A stretch of DNA of 63,897 nt, filler included, from Rozella allomycis CSF55 (GCA_000442015.1; 5 parts of 5 records of this genome joined end to end with filler, not necessarily neighbours in it); one strand, 5' to 3'. Shown: positions 35,385-49,800, counted from the whole stretch's first letter. A program made the numbers and translations. Notes: generated by a model from the letters alone, not told the origin.

Positions 35385-38022
35385 TTATAGAATACCATTA
35401 GAATAATATTGAAAAGTATCATAAAGTCTAGTATATACACTTCCATACGACCTGGTGATGAGTTTGTCTACAGTAACTGCTAGATCTTCTTCGGACAAGT
35501 TACAATGAAGACGATCTCTGAATGCTTGAATACAACTTTCTCCCGATTGAAAGCAAGGCATAAAAGAATCTTTTTATCTTGAAATCACTAGTTACTCTTT
35601 TGCATGATTACGAGTAGCAGGATCAGTTTGTCGGCATGTGGTCTCAAACTCAATAGACCAGATACCATTGCCTGTTTAAATTGCATGAATTTTGGAGAGT
35701 TTATTCCGCCGAGAATGTCCACGTATTCTTGAAGAAGTTTAAATGGTGCTGATTCAAATCCAACAGACCCTGGTGAATTCGAAAGCATGAATCCAAAATC
35801 AATGTGAACAATATGACCTTTTTTATCGACCAAAATATTTCCATTGTGTCTAGAATTAAATGCTACTTAATCCAGTACCTATCTTTAAGTTGTAAAAGGT
35901 ATGTAATAAGGGAATAACCCGCGAGGCTTTCCATAAAGGAATTTTGTGCGTCAAGAAACGATTTGCTAGTTGGTTCTCCATATGTTTTAATAAAATGATC
36001 GTAAAGTGTGTATGGAACCCCAGGCGAATTGTATCGACTAACGTAGGCATCCTTCTTTATTGAATGAACTGAAATTGTATTAAGAACAGTTTCTATTAAC
36101 CCGCTGTCGTTTGAAATTGCCATAACTCTGAAATAATAGAGCCAGCATGGAACGTTGGCATCATTCCATATTTTCTGTATTTCATGGATCAGCTGGCAAG
36201 CCAATTGCTCTTGCCTTAAATCTGCGCCGGACTTTACGATAACGCTAAGAAGTTTCCAGTTTGGGCGATGTCCAAACGGGGACTTTTTTCTAACTCTCTC
36301 CACTTTAGCCTCCCAACTTTCTTTGAAGACCACAGCAGAAGGATCTTCTTTTGCCAGTTCAGGATTTTCTATCATGGCATCGATTTCAACGTCTGTCAAG
36401 CCTTGAGCTAAACGTTGTTCTTCTAACATGTTCATTTCGCTAACAATCTTTTGTCGTATTTTATCAGCTTCCTTGACATCAAATGTATTGTTTGATTGTT
36501 GGTTCATATCAATTTGAGCCAACATTATAGCAGCCGCTTTCATATGCTCATTAATATTTGTCATTTGAGTAGAGTTTTTGCGATTCAAAATGGACTCATG
36601 ATTCACAATATTTACTTCTAGTTGGGCTTCGTCTATTGAATTTTTAGAAGATGAATTAGACGAATATACTTCAGACAATGAAGACTTCGCACGCGTGGTT
36701 TGATTCCAGACCGAATTTTTCGACCCTACCCTGGTAATTGTGGCTGTCGGGATTGGTGAATTCGTTCCATGAAGTTCCATGTATCTTTCCTTTTCAAAAG
36801 CTAATGTTTCTATAGAATCTGTTTCATCTTCCAGAACCTCCAAAAGAATCATATATGGGACCTCTTATTACTTCAATTTGATTTTACTCGTTCAGCAGAG
36901 TTTAACGTAACAGATTCTGTAGTTGGCACTCGGACAAGTTTATGATGTGATTTATTTAATTTGGAATTACACCAAAAAGGAAGACATACATCCGCAGGTA
37001 GATTGTGATTCAATAATGTTAGTTCTGCTTGTAATGTTTGAGGTCTCACGGACTTTGAGACAGGCACCAGACGAATTGAGATATCGATAAGCATGTTAAT
37101 AAACTGCATTTCACTATATACATAAAATCTATTATCATTTAATCAGATTAATACCCTGTGTGCTGATCTATTGGTGAAACAACTTCAGGAGACGTTGGCA
37201 TCAGTGTATTAGGCTTGTTTTCAAGGTAATTCTCAAATGTAAAAATATTTCCCGTCGAAATTTGATCTATTGATGGAGTCTTTTTAAGTGCCTCGTGAAT
37301 TGGAACAGTGACAGTTGGAGATTTCTTAAGCGACTGAGTTTGATTCACACTTTCCTCGCTTTTAGACTTTTGCGGCTGAATGACTGTAGGTTTTTCTTGC
37401 TTGAAGTTTGGAAAATTTTGTCTTCCGTGAATAAGTGCCATTCGCTTTAGGGGCTCTAACAAGTCTGGGGCTGCAAAGGCCGCTAATGCGTAACTCATTC
37501 CCAGAAGTGCTGGTTTTATTTGTGCCGATACTCTGACTCGATGATACGGATACATAAAAGGTGCCTTTCCATCTATGTTGGCCCTCGTAGTAAATATCAT
37601 TGCATGACACTTGCTGTATAGTCTAGAGCAAACAAAAACTGCGTAAGGTTGTGTGGTCGTTTTTAAATTGTTTAGATATCCTTCTAAAAGCCATAATAAC
37701 TATCTTATGTGCATATTTCTACTACCATTATCGCAAAATGTGAAGATCTGCCCGACTCTTCCAGCATAAAGTTTTCTAACGAGGCGCTCTCTTCTGGTTT
37801 ACATATAAATAAATGACTATTGTTTAAATTTTAAATTATTATTTACACCAGCTGGGGGAGTAAAAATTCAATAGCTTCGGGAGGGAATTCTTTCAATCTA
37901 ACACACAAATACTCTTGAATTCCAGGGTCTTCATATTTGAATAAATAAGATAGTGCTATATAAGGATCAAAATGCTCTGATTCGAATAATCTTAGCAAAA
38001 GTCCTTTCTTTGATGTTGACAT
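35385..38022 (-). CDS. PIK1: Phosphatidylinositol 4-kinase type III beta
   Basis: LLRLFES, FYSPQL, LNSAERVPY, EDPSA, VKSGADLRQEQLA, KDRHNGNIL, HIDFGF and a terminal SNGIL. Confidence 0.95.
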
Positions 38023-38177
38023 TTTAATTTACGAAATATTTCGAATTGAAAGTTGTATTGCAAATACCTAAGCTATTCAAAAACAGACTCGGCGTTTTAT
38101 ATTATTTATAAAGTTCTAATTAAATAAAGCATTGCTAGATATTGAACAATATTTGGAATATTCTGTTTACAAATTCT

Positions 38178-40397
38178 ATGAAATTGATGGGATCATTTTT
38201 CAGGATTGATCAAGACAATCCTAATACCGAATTGATCGATAAATTATCTCTTTACGCTTTAGACATTGTTATTGACCTGTGCTCAGTGGAATCGATCAAG
38301 GATGCATGGACAGATGAGATGTACAGTGACATGGAAAAGGGCGTTCTTATATGGAAAAGACCAGCCGAGATTAAACAAGCTAAAAGCAAAGTAAAAGAAA
38401 CTGCGATAAAATTGCCTAAATCAAGTCAAAAACCAAACCAAGTTGGACAATGTCAAACTATATCAATCAACTCTGCCAAAGATCTCATTAAACCCACAAA
38501 GAAGAAAGCAAAATCACCTTGTCCCCCTTTGTTGAATGAAATTGAGGTGCTGAAAAGAGAGAATAAATTTTATGCCAAATGGTTTGAAGAACAGCAACAA
38601 AATCGCAGGAAACGAAAACATGTTTTTGTCCCTCCTGAATCTGTGGAGATGGTTGTAATTTCCAGAAAGGATAATATAAACGTCGTGAAAGAAACCAACA
38701 TTGTGCAAAATTACAATTACAATGTGACAATCAATAACGTAGCAGGACCAGAGATAACAATTAATGAAACTAATAATATTAAAAGAGATAACATTGATAA
38801 TCTGCATACTGATGACATTGTAGAAAAAGAGTTTAGTGAAAAACTTGATTTGGATACAAACAAAACCCAAGATGGACAAAAATTAGCAGAAAGAAGAGAA
38901 GTTTCGAAGCAACATAAGTTTCTGGAGAACTTGAGCACTGAAAAACAGGCTTCGAGAGAAAATATTCCTGACAGAACAAGCAAGCAGAAACTATTCCAAA
39001 ACGGTACAGATGAGGTTATCACTGTGAATACAAAGCCCAAAAAAGATTCTCAACCTATCGAGGATTTTAAACCTATCGATAATCAAATTACAGCAACATC
39101 CTGTAAAAAGGCTACGTCACTTGAAATTGAGCCACTGATGGTCCCCGCCAAATCTCAAGACAACTCTACAGGCAGTAAAAACCGGGCATCCGAGGAAATA
39201 TTTGAAATCAGACAAGACATTGAAGATCCCAAGAAAGCAAACAAAGCAGACTCATTCCATCAATTCGAATCTGACTGGAGCGGTATATTCAACGAAACCA
39301 AGATAATTTCCGAGCCCAAATCCACCCCGCACAAATGCCTCAACTTTTTCCGCTACTTGAATCTAACAAGAGCATTGATAACAACATCCTACGGTTTCTA
39401 TGTGTCCTTTGGCACCGCGCAGTCCCAAGCTCTAGCATTCCCCTACGCGCGCGCCTTTCAAATATCGACGCTATTCTTTCTATGCCTCGATTTATTCTTG
39501 ACATGCTGCAAAGTGCTGCCTGACAATACATTAAAATCCAAATTGGCTATTTTCATAAACCCGAAAACATTTTCCATTTGGCAGCTGGTAGCGGATCCCG
39601 ATTTAATAATGGATGCTATGCCTTTGATTGCTAATTGTGTGCTTAAAGTGTACGCCTTTCGGATGGGCGAAATACTAGCGACCAGCAGTGTTCCGCTTGG
39701 CGGTATTAGTCCGGATCAGCTTGAGCAGATTGCCAAGACAAAGGAATTTAATTTGGCGCTTCTAGTCTTGTTCTGCGTATCGGTAGTTTTCACAGTGTCT
39801 TTGCATACTCTGAAGATTGTGAGATCACTGTTGGCAAAATCAGCGGTTACACTTGGACTGATAGTGGTTCTCAAATCCGCCATGCTGTTATTTGATTTGA
39901 CTGTGAATGCATTCCTGCTGTACTCTACGCTGGTGCTTAAAGGACGAAATCTGTTTGACATTGACGTTATAACCAACCTGGTGCTGGCTATTGTTGTTCC
40001 CAGTATCATTGTGACTCTTCAAACGAATGTTATTGTGAATTTTCCGTTGCATTATACGTTTCTGAGAATGCTGATAAAGGAAAAGGTGCCTTTTAATGTC
40101 CAAAAGTATGCGGGGACGTGGAACTTGGTGTTGTTTGCTTTGAGAAAGACGTTTCATCCAAGAATTTTCATGACTGTTGGTATTTATTCGGTGTTTTCTA
40201 TGGTGTCGCTGTGGTATGTTTTGTTGAAAACTAGGAGTGTTGATTTGGATGAGCTTGTAGCTGTGGGAGTGAATTTGGCTGAATCAAACTTGCTTTATGT
40301 TCTATTGTGGTTTAATTTGATTATAAACTATCTAGTTGGAATTGTGTCCCTTGCCCTCTTTATTCTCTACACGATATTTTCTGTCTTTCGCAAATAA
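38178..40397 (+). CDS. Hypothetical multi-pass membrane protein
   Basis: Intronless ORF of about 740 aa with a hydrophilic N-terminal half and about 8 hydrophobic segments in the C-terminal half. Confidence 0.7.
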   Translation: MKLMGSFFRIDQDNPNTELIDKLSLYALDIVIDLCSVESIKDAWTDEMYSDMEKGVLIWKRPAEIKQAKSKVKETAIKLPKSSQKPNQVGQCQTISINSAKDLIKPTKKKAKSPCPPLLNEIEVLKRENKFYAKWFEEQQQNRRKRKHVFVPPESVEMVVISRKDNINVVKETNIVQNYNYNVTINNVAGPEITINETNNIKRDNIDNLHTDDIVEKEFSEKLDLDTNKTQDGQKLAERREVSKQHKFLENLSTEKQASRENIPDRTSKQKLFQNGTDEVITVNTKPKKDSQPIEDFKPIDNQITATSCKKATSLEIEPLMVPAKSQDNSTGSKNRASEEIFEIRQDIEDPKKANKADSFHQFESDWSGIFNETKIISEPKSTPHKCLNFFRYLNLTRALITTSYGFYVSFGTAQSQALAFPYARAFQISTLFFLCLDLFLTCCKVLPDNTLKSKLAIFINPKTFSIWQLVADPDLIMDAMPLIANCVLKVYAFRMGEILATSSVPLGGISPDQLEQIAKTKEFNLALLVLFCVSVVFTVSLHTLKIVRSLLAKSAVTLGLIVVLKSAMLLFDLTVNAFLLYSTLVLKGRNLFDIDVITNLVLAIVVPSIIVTLQTNVIVNFPLHYTFLRMLIKEKVPFNVQKYAGTWNLVLFALRKTFHPRIFMTVGIYSVFSMVSLWYVLLKTRSVDLDELVAVGVNLAESNLLYVLLWFNLIINYLVGIVSLALFILYTIFSVFRK

Positions 40398-40502
40398 AAT
40401 TTGAAATAAATTGAATTAACTACAATTTGAAATGATTTGATACAATATAATTAAACAAATATAAAATTTGAAATGAAATTTGAGACTGCTTAAAATGTTA
40501 TT

Positions 40503-43500
40503 TTATTTAGTTTGTATAGTTTGTATACCCCTGTTTAAGAGTTTGAATGAATCTGTTTGCTTGTTATTTTTGGACAATTGAAATAATAGATTAGATTTTT
40601 CATTTACAAGAGATTTGAAAAGATTTGAATAGAATTTGTTGATATCTTGAATTCTTTCTTTTAATGTATCATCAGAATCATGATGCATTGAATCTAAAAG
40701 TTTAGTTGATAAATCTCTTATAGAATCTTCCAGGAATAAATTGTCGCTCTTTGATTGTTGAATTGCATTTTCTAAAATTTCTATTTCTCTTTCTTTTGCT
40801 TCCAGAGTTGAATTTAATTCATTTAATTTATTTTCAAATTCATTTTCAAATTCTTGTTTTTCTTCTTGAGCTTCTTCTAGATCTATTTTGTAGATTTCCA
40901 ATTGACTTTTATAATCATTTTCCTTTATAGAAAATTCTAATTTCAGATCATCAATAGATTGATTATTCTTCAATTCAATATTTTTCAATTCATTTAGTTT
41001 ATTTGTTAACTCTATAATCATTTTTTCTCTTTCATCCAAATCTCTTAAAAACTTTTCTCTCATAAACTTTTTGAACAAGGGAATATTTTCTTTTACAGAT
41101 TCCAATTTCTCTTTAATAAATTCCAATTTCTCTAAAACGCTTTCAACACTTTCAAATTTCTCTTCAAATTCTAACTTTTCTTTAATAAATTCTTCATTTT
41201 CATTTTCTTTTAATAATCTAAAAATAGAATCTACTAAGCCATTAATGTAATCTAACTGCGCCTCTAGATCTTCTTTTTCTTTTGATTCCAACATTTCAGA
41301 TAATTTATTTTTTTCCATTAAAATTATTTCATTTTCAATTAAAAGTTTTTCCTTTTCAGCTAAAATTTGATCTTTTTCTAATTGTAGATTTCCTTTTTCA
41401 ATAATAATTTCATCTCTTTCAATTAAAATTTGATTTCTTTCTCTTGTTAATTCATCTTTTTCAGAATTTAATTCTTTAATTTCATCTTTTAATTTTAAAG
41501 AAATTTCTTGTTCTATTTTTAGCAAATCTATTTCCATTTTTTCTTTCAGTTTTTCTATTTCATCATTTTTCTCTTTCAATTTGATTTCAAGTTCAATATT
41601 CTTTTCTTGTAATTCTTGTTTAGTTTCTTCTAGTTCTCGTTTAGTTGCCTCTAGTTCAACTTTAATCTCATTCAGTTCAACTTTCAGTTCTTCTAGTTCA
41701 ATCTCCTTTGCTTGTAATTCAATTTCTTTTGCTTGTAATTCAACTACCTTTCCCTCCAATTCAACCTCTTTCGCTTTTAATTCAACTTCTTTTGCTTCCT
41801 TTTCACTCTCTAAATCTTCAATCTCATCATCTTCTGATTCAATTTCATTCTCCAAGGTTTCCAGTTTCCTTCTAAAGTTTTCCTTTTCAGAAAATAAAAC
41901 TTCAAATTGAGAAATCCAATTTTCATCTAATTCTTTCTTTTCTTTTTCTAATTTTTCATTTTCTTTTACTCGTTGCTCATTTTCATTTGCTAGTTGCTCA
42001 TTTTCTCTCTTCAAGTTCTCATTTTCTATTTTGTAAATTTCCAAATTACTTTGGATTGAAAATATTTCATTTTCCAATCTATTAATCTTTTCTTTCAATT
42101 CTTTTAAATTCAAATTTTTTATTTCTTCTTCTAATTCATTTATTTGCTCTAATTGATTGGTTTTATTTGTATTCTCTCTTTTCAACATTTCTATTTCTTT
42201 AATTAATTCTTTCTGATTATCAATCTCTTTTAAATTTTCAAATAATTGATTTCTATTTCTTTCACATTCTTCTAAAATAGATTGATTCTCTAATTTTAGC
42301 TTTTCATTTCTCTCTTGAAGATTCACATTCTCTGCTTTCAACAAATTCATTTCATCATTCATCAAATCAAATCTATTTTCATTTAATGTTTTATTCTCTC
42401 TCAACTCTTGCAACTCTTTGCTTAAATTCATTAATTCATCTTTCAAACTCATTAATTCATCTTGCAAATTAATAAAATCATCTTGCTTTTTTCTGTCTTC
42501 AATTTCCTTCAAATTCATCTCAAATGATATCTTTTCCAATTCTTGTTTTAAACTAAAATTCTCACTCGTAATTTTATTACAATTATCCAACAATTCACGA
42601 TTCTTTTCATTCATTTCATCAAACATTTTATTATCACTTTGTTGCTTCAAAATGTGAGTCTGCATCTCATTTTTCATGGCTATTATTTCTTCATTCTTGA
42701 TTTTAATTTCATCTAAAATATTTACAGACTTTTCTTGCTCTTTAATCAATAGTCCCTCGAGCTCCTTGTTTCTTTCCTTGTAATCATCCTTCAATTCCCT
42801 TTCTCTCTCTACTTCCAATTTAAGCTTTTCCAATTCCCATTTAAGCTTTTCTACTTCCATATTATCTCTATCAACAATTCTATGCTCCAATTCAATCTTC
42901 GCCAATGGACTATTACTTTTCAACCCCTCATTAACCTCAAACACATCTCTTTTCGCCAAAGGGCTGCTAGGTATTGAAATGCCCAAATTCCTCATCGCCA
43001 TTGGACTAGGAGATCGAGCTGCAATTGTCTTATTTATTGGAGACAAAAATTGGGGCGATCCTGAAAACTTGCTTCTTGTCGCACTAATTACACTCTCCAC
43101 TTCATTTAATAATGATTTCCATTGGTCCCCGTCAGTATTTATACTCAGCTTTTCTGATTTCTTACTTTCATTCATACTCGTGTCTATATTTGTGTTGGTA
43201 TTTGTATTGGGTGATGTTGTGTCTGCCGCAAGGTTATCATTTGGTCTATGCTCTTTCTCTTCAATGCCATCAGATTTGACATCAAGCTTCTTAAACCCAT
43301 TCTCCATACTCTGATAATTGACACTAGACTCCCTCCTAGTCACATTAGGACTAGTCATCGGCAAAACCTCTTCAACACGCACCCCACCTCCATCCCTACT
43401 CCCCCCTTTATCTTTACCAAACTCTTCATCATCATCATCATCAGAATCTAATCACAATCTTTACACTTGCATACCATTCCTATTTCCAGCTTTCGCTTCC

Positions 43501-43652
43501 AAGGCAGCCCTCTGCTGGTATATCGTCTTTCTCTTGTACCGCCGGTTAATGCTTTCTTCCATGAACAGTCGGCTGGGATCAATTTTATGGCGGCTTTTTA
43601 TTTGTCGAAAAGAGGAGGAAGTGGAGTTTATTTCTGATCCTGTCTCGGACAT
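40503..43652 (-). CDS. Large E/K/N-rich coiled-coil protein
   Basis: A 27-nt intron near 43448-43474 joins the 63-aa ORF to the 959-aa ORF. Long heptad pattern. Confidence 0.75.
41640..41800 (-). repeat. 21-bp (7-aa) degenerate tandem repeat within coiled-coil gene
   Basis: KEVELKA KEVELEG KVVELQA KEIELQA KEIELEE LKVELNE IKVELEA. Confidence 0.75.
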
Positions 43653-43846
43653 GAATGTTGGTATCCAGGATATGGGCGGAAAACTTGAAAATTTATAACG
43701 TTAATGCGAGTTAAAGAAGAAGGGATTTCGACGGGGGAATGATCTTTGTCCAGCACATATTTTCAAAGAATGGAAAATTGCTAGTTTTACTTTTAATTCA
43801 TTCAAAATGGAAATTTGATATTAATGATTCATTAGTTTATTTAATT

Positions 43847-45499
43847 TTAGTTTATAGTCTGCATCAAAGTTTTAATTTTATCAGCATATTCTTTAAACGA
43901 CGTCGACGTTGAATCAATTTCACTAATCTTGTTCATTACAATATTCTACAATGATTTTATTAACAATCGCTCTACTTTGACATTTCTTAAGGGCTCAAAA
44001 TCTAAATACCGGGTATTTAAATCGCAGCATGCCAAATATTTCTGAAAGAGGACAATTATCACGTCCATTAAATCACTAGATATCGATTCACCACCATTGT
44101 TGAACACATTTTCAAATGATTTGGAGAAAAAGAAGCAATTATTTTCATGAATCGAACTAATTATCTCCAATTCTTCTAATGCGTCAGATGGCACTGCATT
44201 TAAGGTTTTCTTAAATGTCTCAAAGTAAACATCCAACTTTTCTTTATCCAAACTGAATAGTTTAATGTTATAGAATTGATTCAAGCAATTTCCAATAAAG
44301 AATTTGTAGTTTTTAACCTTTCTAAAAGTCAACAAAATCATACTCTGACAATATGATTCCAAGCCTCAATGGCGCCTAGACAATGAAATAATTCATCCAT
44401 TGTCATTTCACTCTTCATTAACGTTTGAAACACTAAATCTGTAAATCCATCCATCTCTGATATATTAAGCTGTGAAATAGAATCCAGAAGCCCCAAAAGG
44501 TCAAACAGTTCAAACCTCGTCAATTTAGTCAGTTCTGTTTCAGTAAAATACCGACTGAAATAATTGATAATAAATAATTTTATATTTCTCGGTTATTATT
44601 ATAAAACATGTTTACTTTGGCAAGGCTATCATGAAACACTGCGCAAGCGAGTTTTCTTCCATTAGCAAACGTTTGACTAGAGATATAACACCAAAAATCT
44701 TTTATTAAAGTTAGAAAATACAACCTTATCATCATAATGAATCTCCTGCTCATATAGAAACTCTTCCAAGGCTTGGATCCTAACATCGGCATAGCATGAA
44801 ACCAAATCATCAGAAATATTCCTGAATGCAGGATTCAAATCAATCAATTCATTGAAGATGTCAAGCAATGGTTTGAAATGCACTGAAATACTCTTCAATT
44901 TCAATGTCAACGAAACAAATCTGTTGGATTTTTCATTCTTTTCAAAGCAATTATATCATTTACAGATGACGCGTGTACCAAATTAAAGAGCGACTGTGAT
45001 ATATATTGTTTTATTAAACTCAAGCCTGACGCCATATTTTGTTCATACCGCAAGCTAAAATGTTTTGAATCCTTAAATTGGCACTCTTCTAAATCAAACA
45101 TATAGTTACGTTTTGTTTTAAAAATGACCAATTTTCATGGCATTTTTTCAACGATGCTATGTAGTTTGAGTGAAGACAGATGGAATATTTTTCGTTCATC
45201 AAAAGTTTTTCAATCTCTTCGATTTCAATGAATTTATTTAAAATATATTCAGATTCTGTTATAAAAACTTCATTTTCTTCCTGTGTTTTCAACAGGGATT
45301 CACAAGTTCTCTCAATTTGAAACGTTGTCTTTACAACATCGTTTATTCTTGCATCTATTTTATCGATATTGGCCAAAGAACTGTCGAGTCTTTTCATTTG
45401 AATCTGAATATAATTGACATTTGAATCGTCTCTGAATATGGTAGGCAACTTTTCATCTGTGTTTATCTTTTCAGTTTCCGATTTAGGGATATGCTGCAT
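43847..45499 (-). CDS. COG3: COG3/Sec34-like tethering subunit (short, divergent)
   Basis: CESLLKTQ, QFKDSKHFSLRYEQNMASGLSLIKQY and DLVSCYADVR resemble the Sec34 domain. Six tiny introns. Confidence 0.6.
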
Positions 45500-46492
45500 T
45501 TCGTTTTTCTATTATCTAGTTTAAAAAACCATACACAGTTTAATAAATTGATAGTATATATTATATGATTGTCAAAGGTGATACTTGAATTCCAATCGAG
45601 CATTCCGATTAAACAAGGAATTTTCCCGATTTTGCTGAAAATCATTAAAGAACTGATCTGGACATAGTAATGTATCATTATGAAAAATCTGGCAATTACA
45701 CATATTAGTATTTAAATTCTTTGTGCCAGGTTACATTTATTTCTCATTGCGATTGGTGATTCTCGCTTTTGAAGTTTTGAATAGTGTGAAAGGTACTTAT
45801 CACACGCTATCATTTGATCTTCTCATTGCCCCATGATCCCAGATCCATTGTGTATTGTAACGTGTTTCATTTTGGATAGCAATATTCAATTTGATATCCC
45901 TTTGAAAAAATTCATGGAACTGATAGAGACATGGTTAAAGAATAAAGGGCCTTAGTTTTACTTTAAATTTCAAAATCCATTGCATATTAGCGCAGCCTTA
46001 TTAATTTCATCTTACATCCCCGAAGATATCGTAGAAGTTAGCATTAACAAAGCGAGAATCACGCTAATGATCTAATATCAAAATATGTGTTCAAAATTTA
46101 TTTAGTTTACTTTCATGTCATATTTCATGTCAGTATTACTGATTGATTCATAAATGGAAGTAGTATCACGTGACCAGCCATGTAATCGAAATTGAGGTAT
46201 CTACGTTTCAAATTCATATTATAGTTACGCATCTTTTGTTTTGCTTGCGAATTTTGTGACGTTCTTTTTAATTCTTTTCCATGCGCCTTTAACACCCAAG
46301 CGGGAATGTTTCGTTTTCTTATCCCTTATAAAAAATATGTGACAGGTATTACCTTTTCATATGATCAATCTCTTGCTGCAGCGATAATAGCTGGTCTTGA
46401 ATATTCTTGATCTCTTTTGCAGTGTCAATCAAGTCGTATTCACGATGTGTGCAATAAGGGCGTATAGTTAAGCAATCGGATTCATCATACGT

Positions 46493-46592
46493 NNNNNNNN
46501 NNNNNNNNNNNNNNNNNNNNNNNNNNNNNNNNNNNNTTAATTAATTAANNNNNNNNNNNNNNNNNNNNNNNNNNNNNNNNNNNNNNNNNNNN
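46493..46592. other. Artificial scaffold linker
   Basis: N44-TTAATTAATTAA-N44. Confidence 0.98.
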
Positions 46593-46809
46593 TGAAGTTC
46601 CAGCCTGAGACGTCCTTTTTGAATTCCAAGTCGTATCCTGAAGGGAACCCATTGAGATATATAGCGAATCAGATTCAGCGTTAAAAACTGCATTTTTGGC
46701 TTTATTTTCATTATTATCGGATGAACTTTTGTTTTGCAGATTTTCCTTGGACACCCTGAATTATATTCAGAACCAACAAAAGAAGAATCCACTTTGGCAC
46801 TTATATCCN

Positions 46810-49800
46810 GCATTTTGTAACTTGCATAAAAGTTCTTCTGATGCATTTAGACTAATTGAAATATTGTTAACTTGATAATCACTTGGTTGATTTAACAAAA
46901 CGCGATTCATTTCTTCATATCTTGCATCACCAGGATTAGGGATATATTCTTCTTTTCGTGAAAGAGCATCAGATAGAATTTGTTTGCAACCAGGTCGATA
47001 GCTGAGTTTAAAATTGAAATCACTTAAAAACATTGACCAACGAGCTTGTCGACGATTTAATCGCTTAGTTGACATAAAATATTCCAAATTTTTATGATCA
47101 CTAAATATTTGCACTAAATAACTAGAACCCATAAGAAAATGTCTCAAATGCTTAAATACATCTACAATGGCAAGAAGTTCTATATCATGAATTTCGTAAT
47201 TGATTTCATATATGTTGAATTTACGAGAGTAATATCCTACTGGTTCCATGTAATGTGCTCATACAGAAAATAATGCAGGAAAAGATCTACTCTCNAAGAT
47301 TTAAAGAATTGTTTCACTTCGTCAATGATATTACAACATCCTAATGAAGCAAAACCTTTTGTAGTGGAGACTGATGCAAGTGATTTTGCAATAGGTGCAG
47401 TTCTTTTACAAGAATTAAATGGACATTTATTACCAGTAGGATATTACTCTCGTAAATTAAACAAATATGAAATCAATTATGAAATTCATGATAAAGAACT
47501 TCTTGCCATTGTAGATGCATTTAAGCATTGGAGACATTTTTTAATGGGTTCTAGTTATTTAGTGCAAATATTTAGTGATCATAAAAATTGGAATACTTTA
47601 TGTCAACTAAGCGATTAAATCGTCGACAAGCCCGTTGGTCAATGTTTTTAAGCGATTTCAATTTTGAACTCAGTTATCGACCTGGTTGCAAACAAATTCT
47701 ATCCGATGCTCTTGCACGAAAAGAAGAATATATCCCTAATCCTGGCGACGCAAGATACGAAGAAATGAATCGCGTTTTTTTAAATCAACCAAGTGAAGAT
47801 CAAGTTAACAATATTTCAATTAGTATAAATGCACCAGAAGAACTGTTANTGAAGTGAAACAATTTTTTAAATCTTTAAATTCCTTTATGCTTGCTTCATT
47901 CCATTCAAATTTAGATTGACCTATTAATTTATTTAAATTAAGAGTTTTAGACGAAAAATTAGGAATAAATCTTCGAAAAAAATTTGCAAATCCAATAAAC
48001 GATTGAACTCCTTTCTTGCTTTTCGGTAATTCCCAAGATTTAATAGCATCACAGTAATTATCAGTTACACTNCATTAAGTTCTTGCAAAAGAACTGCACC
48101 TATTGCAAAATCACTTGCATCAGTTTCCACTACAAAAGGTTTTTCTTCATTAGGCTGTTGTAGTATCATTGATGAAGTGAAACAATTCTTTAAATCTTTA
48201 AATTCTTTCATGCTTGCGTCATTCCATTCAAACTTACATTGACCTATTAATTTATTTAAATTAATTGTTTTGGACGAAAAAGTAGGAATAAATCTTCAAA
48301 AATATTTGCAGCTCCAATAAACGATTGAATTCCTTTCTTGCTTTTTGGCAATTCCCAAGATTTAACAACATCACAGTAATTATCAGTTACACTTATGCCC
48401 TGCTCAGTAATTGTCTATCCTAACAACTCTATCTCGGTCTTGTCAAAGGAACATTTGGAAACCTTAGCAACAAAATGATTATCTAAAAAGATCTGTAACA
48501 CCAATTTCACATGTTAAGCGTGTAATTTTGCATTTAAGAAGAAAATTAAGATGTCATCCATATAAACATACATACATTTATCTATATATTCTGCAAAAAT
48601 GTCATTCACAAATCTTTGGAAGGCAGATGGAGCATTTCTTAACCCAAATGGCATCACCTTATATTGATAATTACCAAAAGGTGTTCTCAAGGTNCTCTTG
48701 CAAAAGAACTGCACCTATTGCAAAATCGCTTGCATCATTTTCTACTACAAAAGGTTTTGCTTCGTAGGATGTTGTAATATCATTGATGAAGTGAAACAAT
48801 TCTTTAAATCTATAAATTCTTTTATGCTTGCTTCATTCCATTCAAACTTAGATTGACCTATTAATTTATTTAAATTAATTGTTTTAAACGAAAAATAACG
48901 AATAAATCTCCGAAAAAAATTGCAAATACAATAAACGATTAAACTCCTTTCTTACTTTTTGGTGATTCCCAAGATTTAATAGCATCACAGTAATTATCAG
49001 TTACACTTATGCCCTGCTCAGTAATTTTATATCCTAAAACCTCTATCTCCGTCTTGTCAAAGAAACATTTGGAAATTTAGCAACCAAATGATTATCTAAT
49101 AATCTCTGTAACACCAATTTCACATGTTCATCATGTTATGCTGCATTTTGGGAGAAAATTAAGATGTCGTCCATATAAACATACATAAAGTTATCTATAT
49201 AATCTGCAAAAAAGTCATTCATAAATCTTTGGAAAGCAGATGGAGCATTTCTTAACCCAAATGGCATCTCCTTATATTGATAATTACCGAAAGGTGTTCT
49301 GAAGGTTGTTTTCCATTCATCACCTTCTTTAATACGAATTAAATTATAAGCAGATTTTAAATCAATTTAAGAAAACAATTTGCAATCATGAAGTCGTTCA
49401 AATATAGAATCAATTAATGGTAAAGGATATTTATCTGGTATGATTATTTGATTTAATTCTTTGTAATTAATGATAGATGATAGTCTTAGAGAATTGTCGT
49501 TGTTTTTAACAACAGGAGCGCCACAGTTTGCTGTTTAAGGTTCAATAAATCCAATATCCATATTTTCTTTTACATACCTTTTTCAAATATCATATTCGTT
49601 TTTTGAACATTTATACATGCATTTGAATGGCGGTTTGCTACCTTCAAAAAGATTTATTTCCAAGTCATGAGATCTATTATCGGGTAATACATTTGCACAT
49701 TGTTCATTAAACACATCTGAAAATTCAATATATTTTGATGGTATGTCAGAAAGAATATTAGTTACTAAGTTGATGACAAAATCCTGTTTGGTGGAGCAAT

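Noticed and set aside
40503-43450. Extreme pyrimidine/purine strand skew and antisense Ser/Phe-rich ORFs
   Set aside because: Explained by E/K/N-rich codons of the coiled-coil gene; the antisense ORFs are shadows.
45500-46492. About 1 kb apparently gene-free stretch with short protein-like frames
   Set aside because: I could not join the frames by plausible introns or find RNA or TE hallmarks.
46810-47848. Apparent ~420-bp inverted repeat of Gypsy RNase H
   Set aside because: The arms are separated by an n junction at 47295, so their orientation is probably a scaffolding product.
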